A DNA stretch of 63,788 bases, the filler included, from Nemertoderma westbladi (Eukaryota; Animalia; Xenacoelomorpha): the NCBI GenBank assembly GCA_032718475.1. It is 3 parts of 3 records of this genome, joined end to end, with 100 filler letters (N's around TTAATTAATTAA, not from the genome) between each part and the next. Parts side by side here need not be neighbours in the genome. Positions count along the whole stretch, not along the records: positions 55,518 to 63,788 come from JAUCBJ010002306.1; 2 more parts are not named here. One strand, 5' to 3'. The translations under genes and the position numbers were made by a program. Position 1 is the stretch's first letter. Every line of letters starts with the position of its first letter. The notes under the pieces were generated by a model that did not search any database, was not told the DNA's origin, and saw only the letters and a program-made list of their open reading frames with translations. Positions 57,481 through 63,788 of the stretch are shown in pieces.

Positions 57481-60145
57481 AAGGCTTTACAAATAATATT
57501 AAATCCATTTCCGAAAATGAGTCGGGTGTTTTATAAAACGGCCTCGGAGTTAATGTAGGTTCTTAGTAAATACAAGGAGATGTGCATCGCATCTGTTTAC
57601 GTCAATAACTCGTTCTTAGAACTTTATTCCTACTCTACTCTACTACTATACTAAACTTTAATCGGCCTTCTGCACTGCATTTGAAACTGCACATGAGATG
57701 CTATTCTGGCTTAACGGAAATATATGTACTATTTTTGCCACCACCATGCAATCTTTCCATTAAATTTTGTAAATTTATGTGGAGCGAGTCACGAAGTAAG
57801 GTGAGCCTTAGGTACCATTACTCAACCTGTCGGTCTGTTGAGTTCATCTGTAGATCCCCATTTTATACGTTAATAACTCAGCCATAGCCAGTCCTCGATG
57901 AAATCTATCCAAACATGTAAACATTTTTTTTGGAAGTTTATAAATTTTCCAACTACAATAACCACTGCTCAGCTGTAGGCTTATCAAAATATTGTGCTGA
58001 TTTTTTTTTATTGAATTTCGGTAAAATGTTCTTATTTTATGTCCTTGGAATTGCCTACATTTTTTCACTGGATGGCATTATCAAGGCATTAAATTAGTTT
58101 ACTAATATTTCAAATATCAGTTTTCCTGTCTTTGATAGGTTGGCGGTTTTGTTAAATATCTTACGTAGATTTTGTGACAGAATCTCTCAATTTTAATTTG
58201 TATCTCATAACTGAGCCTCGTGCTGCGCGAAGACCCCGCGACTTGTCTCGGTAAGGTTATAGACATTCTGGAACGTTCCCAGCGATCGTTCATCCGTTAT
58301 CGCAGAATATACAATAACTTAGTCAAAATGTTCAAAAAAAAATTCCACATAAATACTAATTGTGACTGAATACACCATGTCCTGGAATATAGTATAGTGT
58401 CTTTTTAGGCAAAAAAAAAAATATTTTAACAAATCTTAATGAGATTGCATGAAATTCTAAACATAGTTTTCATAAACAAAATCATGACCATAATTTTTAT
58501 TTTTGCTTTCAATAACTTAAGAAAAAAATTAATCCATCACTTTCTTTAAAATATCCCCTTTTTTGTATGCAAAAGTTCGAACAAAAACTTTTAATGTTCG
58601 CATAAGGGAAAGCGTTATTTCTCACATTCATATACCACGTTGTATAAAGTCTCCGAGACTGAATATTCTAGATCCCGAAGGGAACTTTCATAGCAACTAC
58701 ACCATCTCCCTTAATACAACAACGATTTTTAGGGGGTCGGAGCACCCCCCCCCCCCCCCCCCCCCCCCCTCTCCCTCCGAATCGACAACTTTTCTTACTG
58801 CTGGCAGAACCGGGTTTTCAATTTATGAGCTATTTCGATACAACAAGCCGTTAAAAAACGCATTTTTAGCAATATTTAACCTGTTGGCTTTATTTTACTT
58901 CTTTGTATTGGAATTTAATCTGTAGATATCATTAGAATTGGTCTTGGTAACGGCGTAGGGCTGCGCGGCCGGCACCGGACAGTGCACTTGTCAGTAGTTT
59001 CCAGGGGTTACTATATGCCAGTCTGTCTGCCTGTTTGTAAATTTTGAGCCACTAACTTTTTTTTTTCATTACTGTAGCCTACCTCTTAGATAGCATCTTC
59101 TAGTATCACGAGCTCGTTTATTGTTTTGGTTAGAAATCCGACCTGTGTAATCTGGATCTTTCCCTCAATTAGTAACGAACTCGATTATTGTTTTGGTTGG
59201 AAAGGCCCACCTCTTTAACATGCTCCTTTCCCTCAATTGGTAACGAGATCGTTTATTGTTTTGGTTAGAAAAGCCCACCTCTGAAATAGACTGTTTGACA
59301 ATCCAGAAATAGTCAGAAATAGTGAAAAAACGGGTATAAAAAATTTACTGACCTTTTAAATATGACGCAAAGCCTAGGGGTAATCCTGTGTTATATTTAC
59401 AATTAATACTTCTTTCTATACATTGTGTTTTTTTTTTTCTATTCTATAAATAACTATTTAAGGTCACGTAGTACAATTTTGTAGAATTTGTCTTTACAAT
59501 AAAATGAACTTGTTGTTACTAATCTACGTGACTATCTTCCAGGTTCTATCATTGCGTTACAAATGAACTTATTATTTATTATCACTTTGTAAACACAATA
59601 TCTGCGTCATCACATTGTACTATTCTCTGAATCGCCTCACTAAGATAACTTGTTTTTCTACTATTCGCTTTGTTTAAAATCACTTACAATATCTATAACA
59701 AGGTGGTATTGATATGGGGGGGGGCGGGGGGGGGGGGGGTGACTTAGTTCCAAAAAACAGCTTCACCTCTACAAACCTCCTTAAACTACCGGAACTGCGG
59801 TGTCACAGCAGAGTTGGTCCCCCGCGGATGCAGTCCACCAGGGCCGCATTCGCTAGTGGATTTAGTCCCCCATACCAACCAAAATCTTGAAGCACATTTG
59901 GTCCCCCTTCGCGGATTTCGCCCACAAATAATTTTATTGTTGTTAGATGGTTTAATTATGGCCAGGCAGTTTAGTTTGGGGGTTCATCATGTATCTTAAA
60001 CGTAGGCCTAAAAAATTACTGTGGCTACTTCATTATACTGCACTCCAGTCCGCGGACCAACTACCAGTACAGTGACGTAAATATGACATTACGACCACAA
60101 CTTGCTAACTTGCTAACTTTCTGAACTTCGGTTTGGATTTGGATT

Positions 60146-60322
60146 CGGTTCGGTTCGGTTCGGTTCGGTTCGGTTCGGTTCGGTTCGGTTCGGTTCGGTT
60201 CGGTTCGGTTCGGTTCGGTTCGGTTCGGTTCGGTTCGGTTCGGTTTGGTTCGTTTCGGTTCGGTTCGGTTCGGTTCGGTTCGGTTCGGTTCGGTTCGGTT
60301 CGGTTCGGTTCGGTTCGGTTCG
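60146..60322. repeat. (GGTTC)n microsatellite
   Basis: About 35 pentamer copies. Confidence 0.97.
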
Positions 60323-61401
60323 AAGTTTGCCCTGCTTCGGTTCGGCCCGATATCTGTTTAACCCTAGTTTGGAATTAGTCCTGCTTACAGGATTGGCTTG
60401 ACATCCATTACTGGTAGGCCTAGGCCTACCAGTATAAATTATACTTGTTGATGGTGGTGTTGATTTCCAGATAGGTTTTGGTATTAAGGCTTGGTACGGC
60501 CCCAGTGGGTCAGTTGGCAGAGCGTGGGTCGTGGAATCTTTAGGTACCGAGTTCAATTCCACCATTACGGTGAATCATTTTTTTTTTAAGATTGGTAGTA
60601 AGCCTTTCAAGGAGACAGTTCATGCGTTAGTAGAAGCAGACCTTTGCGCGATACGATGGTTCAGTATACGATGGTTCGACAACATTTGTGTCTACTGTTG
60701 ATGGTGACACAGAACCATTTGAAGTGTTATGAGGTGTCCTCCAGGGAGACACACTTGCACTATTCTTGTTCATAATTGTGGTTGACTATGTTCTACGCAT
60801 GTCCTTAGATCATCATAATCATGATGGGGTGATGATAACTAGGGATGTCCCGGAATTCCGTTCCGGCCGGAATTCCGGCGGTTTTTGCCCGATTCCGGTT
60901 CCGGCCGGAATTGCCGGAATGGGGTCAATTCCGGCCGGAATTTTACCGGAATTACCAGGTTCCTAACTGATTTGATAATTGCAATTAGTTTGTTAAATTA
61001 TTATCAACATTTATATATTTTTTCAACATTATTGCCAATTAGTTTAAGATACTTTTCAACACTTGTAAAAAAGTATATAAACAAAGTTTTCTTCGACCGT
61101 TAGAGCTAATGCTCCTGGTTAGGCTGATGCACCCTGGATAGCCCTTTCAAACCATTCGTGCCGAATCGGTGGCCCACATGCAGGGATCGAACCCACGACC
61201 TCCAGATAGATTGGAAATCAATGCAATCACTACACCGAAGTGGAACCTAACTAACCTATGTATCGAGGAAAAATTCACAGCCACCCTGTTTATCACCAAC
61301 TGTAGTATTCATATACAATTCACAATAACCCTCTTAATTTACATTAACTAATTAAATAAACCCTTTGTCCTTCTGAAGATATTTTATGAAATGCATCATT
61401 A

Positions 61402-62494
61402 GGCCCCCGTGCTCCACTGGTAAGGTGTAAGTCGTTTTCAGATTTTGTCTTAGTTAGAATGTCAAAATGAATGACTCCTTGCTCCATTGGTAACACAAGT
61501 CATAAGTCATTTGATGTATAAGATGCGTCTCACATTTACTGCATATTTATAACCAAAGTAACCAATCACAGGCCTCTTGCCGGATATAACACATGAGGCA
61601 TGTGTCAAAAGATGGAACATGGGACATAATCACTTTGGACTCATCGGTCGTAACTTACGATTACCAGTGGAGACGCTCCCATTGAAACCAATGTGTTCCA
61701 TAATTTATTCTGACTTACTACTACTACTACTACTACTAGGATCGGCATGCTGCATTGCAGCTGCATTTTTAAGAATGCTGTGCCGGCTTGTCAACAAAAT
61801 TGCACCGCCACAACTCCCTATCACCCATGACATTTGCTAGATCATCCGCATCTTTAAGGCCAGTGTCCTTTAAGATGCGTCTCAAGAAAGTCATGGGCTG
61901 TCCACCATGCTTATTCACTCCATGAGGCTGCCAAAGTACAAGATTATGCACTGGCTGGTCCTCACGGCGAAAGCAATGTCCTGCAAAGCGGAGGCGATTT
62001 TGTTCTAGTGTCAAGCTTGGGGGAACCAATGAGACACCTCCAATGTTATATAGTGTCTGGTTGGAGATGTGTGCATTGTACTTGACACAATGTACCCGGC
62101 GTAGCATTCTTGTGAATGTGCCATCCAGAGATTTGGTGTCCTCAGCAGTTAGAGCCCAGCATGGACTCCCGTAGAGGAGTACTGGAACTACTGCTGCTCT
62201 AAATAATCGGACCTTAAGTTTCCGATTAATTCTAGGTGACTTCCAAATCCTGGAAAGCCTATTCAAGGCTGTCCATGCCTTTCCCTTACGTATTCGAAGG
62301 TCCTCACCTGACTTCCGGATCCATGATCCCAGGTAACAGAAGTCGTCCACACGCTCAAGCATACCATCCTTTGAGCTTATGCTCATCCGATCAGAGACTT
62401 GCTGAGGACTTTCAAAGTTAACTGTCAGAATTTTGGTCTTTCTGGAGTTAATCTGACTTAAGACGACATAAGACTTACCAGTGGAGCACGGGCC
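61402..62494. mobile_element. PIF/Harbinger MITE nested in the hAT element
   Basis: TIR ggccc(cc)gtgctccactggtaag / cttaccagtggagcacgggcc; TTA on both sides. Confidence 0.85.
61718..62451 (-). mobile_element. 5'-truncated RTE LINE with (TAG)n tail, nested in the MITE
   Basis: VDDFCYLGSWI, LKVRLFRA, VLLYGS..W, RLRFAGHC, DRELWR; TCTGACTTA TSD at 61709-61717 and 62452-62460. Confidence 0.92.
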
Positions 62495-62539
62495 TTAAAT
62501 AGTAGTTCTTCCAATTTGCTTTTAAAATGACGTTTTTTA

Positions 62540-62870
62540 GATTGATTTTACATTATTTTACATTGATTTTACAATATTTTACATTGATTTTTTACATTAT
62601 TTTACATTGAATTTAAATTATTTTAAATAGAATTTAAATTATTTTACATTGAATTTAAATTATTTTACATTGAATTTAAATTATTTTACGTTGAATTTAA
62701 ATTATTTTACATTGAATTTAAATTATTTTACATTGAATTTAAATTATTTTACATTGAATTTAAATTATTTTACATTGAATTTAAATTATTTTACATTGAA
62801 TTTAAATTATTTTACATTGAATTTAAAATATTTTATATTGAATTTAAATTATTTTACATTGATTTTATAT
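62540..62870. repeat. 21-bp AT-rich tandem array
   Basis: Unit ttttacattgaatttaaatta. Confidence 0.92.
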
Positions 62871-63788
62871 AATTTATCATTGATGTATATTATTTTTACT
62901 TTGAATTAATTATTAAATAATATGAAAATTCTATGTTTGGTATTGTCCAACGTAACATATAGGATTACCCCTAAAGATTTGAGCTTTCCAAGGGGGTCCG
63001 TTATGTTACTTGGTTACAAATACAATATTACACTACGCTAACCTAGAATAATATAAAACGTTATTACAACACGTACAGGTCCTGCGAGTGGTCGTTAGTT
63101 CAGTCCTGCGTCGTAGGTGTTACATAATATAGTAGTTTTGTTTCTATTTACAGCAAATCCATTTCTTACCATAAATCTAGTTATTCCCAGCAGTAATTAA
63201 ACTGTAACATATACTAGTGGCCTCGTTTATTGTTTTCAATGTTTTGGTTCGAATAACATGTCACTGAAACCTGCTCCTTTCCCTTAAAGACATCTGGATA
63301 TTGCACCAAAGGACCTAATGACGCGAAACCATAGGTGTGTGTTTAACGTAGGTTCTTAGGTATGAGTCTAAATGCTAAAAACCAACTGTTGGCCAAAGTT
63401 ATAGATTTTAGAAAAAAATTATATTGAATTCCCTGCCATTCAATGCCGAAGTACCATCCCGTCCCCATAATAGGCCAAGGTTCTGATTCATCTCATTCTC
63501 ATTATCAAACTTAGTTGTAGAAATAAACAAAATTAATTTGTTTCACAACAAAATTTATAAAGTTTCATGGGTCATTTAGTGTATTTCACTAATTATAGAA
63601 AATTCCGGTTCCGGCCGGAATTCCGGCCGGAATATTCCGGCATGTTGAATTCCGGTTCCGGTTCCGGCCGGAATCAAAATATCGATTCCGGGACATCCCT
63701 AATGATAACTCCACCTACTGGCTCCAGAGTCGAAAAAATCCTGCTAAGTACCTAACTGATCTAGACTTTGCTGATGACTTAGGAGTAC

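Larger units (their letters stand above)
60840..63701. mobile_element. Non-autonomous hAT element
   Basis: TIR tagggatgtcccggaat / attccgggacatcccta; 8-bp TSD ATGATAAC at 60832-60839 and 63702-63709; subterminal ccggaattccgg repeats. Confidence 0.92.
60640..63788 (+). mobile_element. RTE-clade LINE RT fragment split by a hAT insertion (pieces ~60640-60839 and 63702-63788)
   Basis: GVLQGDTLA.FLFIIVVDYVLR...GVMIT resumes as TPPTGSR...LTDLDFADDL after the insertion. Confidence 0.85.

Noticed and set aside
60113-60565. ORFs with (RTEPN)n or (FGSVR)n
   Set aside because: Translations of the (GGTTC)n microsatellite.

Overview
AT-rich animal (bilaterian invertebrate) genomic DNA, not prokaryotic. 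Three contigs are joined by artificial 100-bp linkers (N44-TTAATTAATTAA-N44 at 29569-29668 and 55418-55517). Recognisable host genes are COMMD3, CFAP210/CCDC173 (with an RFX X-box promoter), a 5-exon tropomyosin, PDXK, NDUFAF4 and a 5'-truncated SLC5A7. Head-to-head with tropomyosin lies an 8-exon minus-strand gene whose phase-compatible exons join a troponin T domain to a complete LIM domain; this is the most unusual feature. The other recognisable genes have intronless CDSs, while the tropomyosin introns sit at non-canonical positions. Tandem arrays have grown out of functional junctions: about 48 copies of a tropomyosin exon end plus splice donor, and 9 copies across the COMMD3 stop. The remainder is a dense, nested TE landscape. 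It includes a near-intact CR1-group LINE with a 2A StopGo motif, an LTR element with an ORF missed by the ORF track, a related solo LTR, a deleted mini-Gypsy, Penelope-type minimal hammerhead ribozymes, MITEs (one carrying a histone stem-loop) and a four-level RTE/hAT/Harbinger/RTE nest. All identifications come from manual reading and recalled family motifs; no searches were run.
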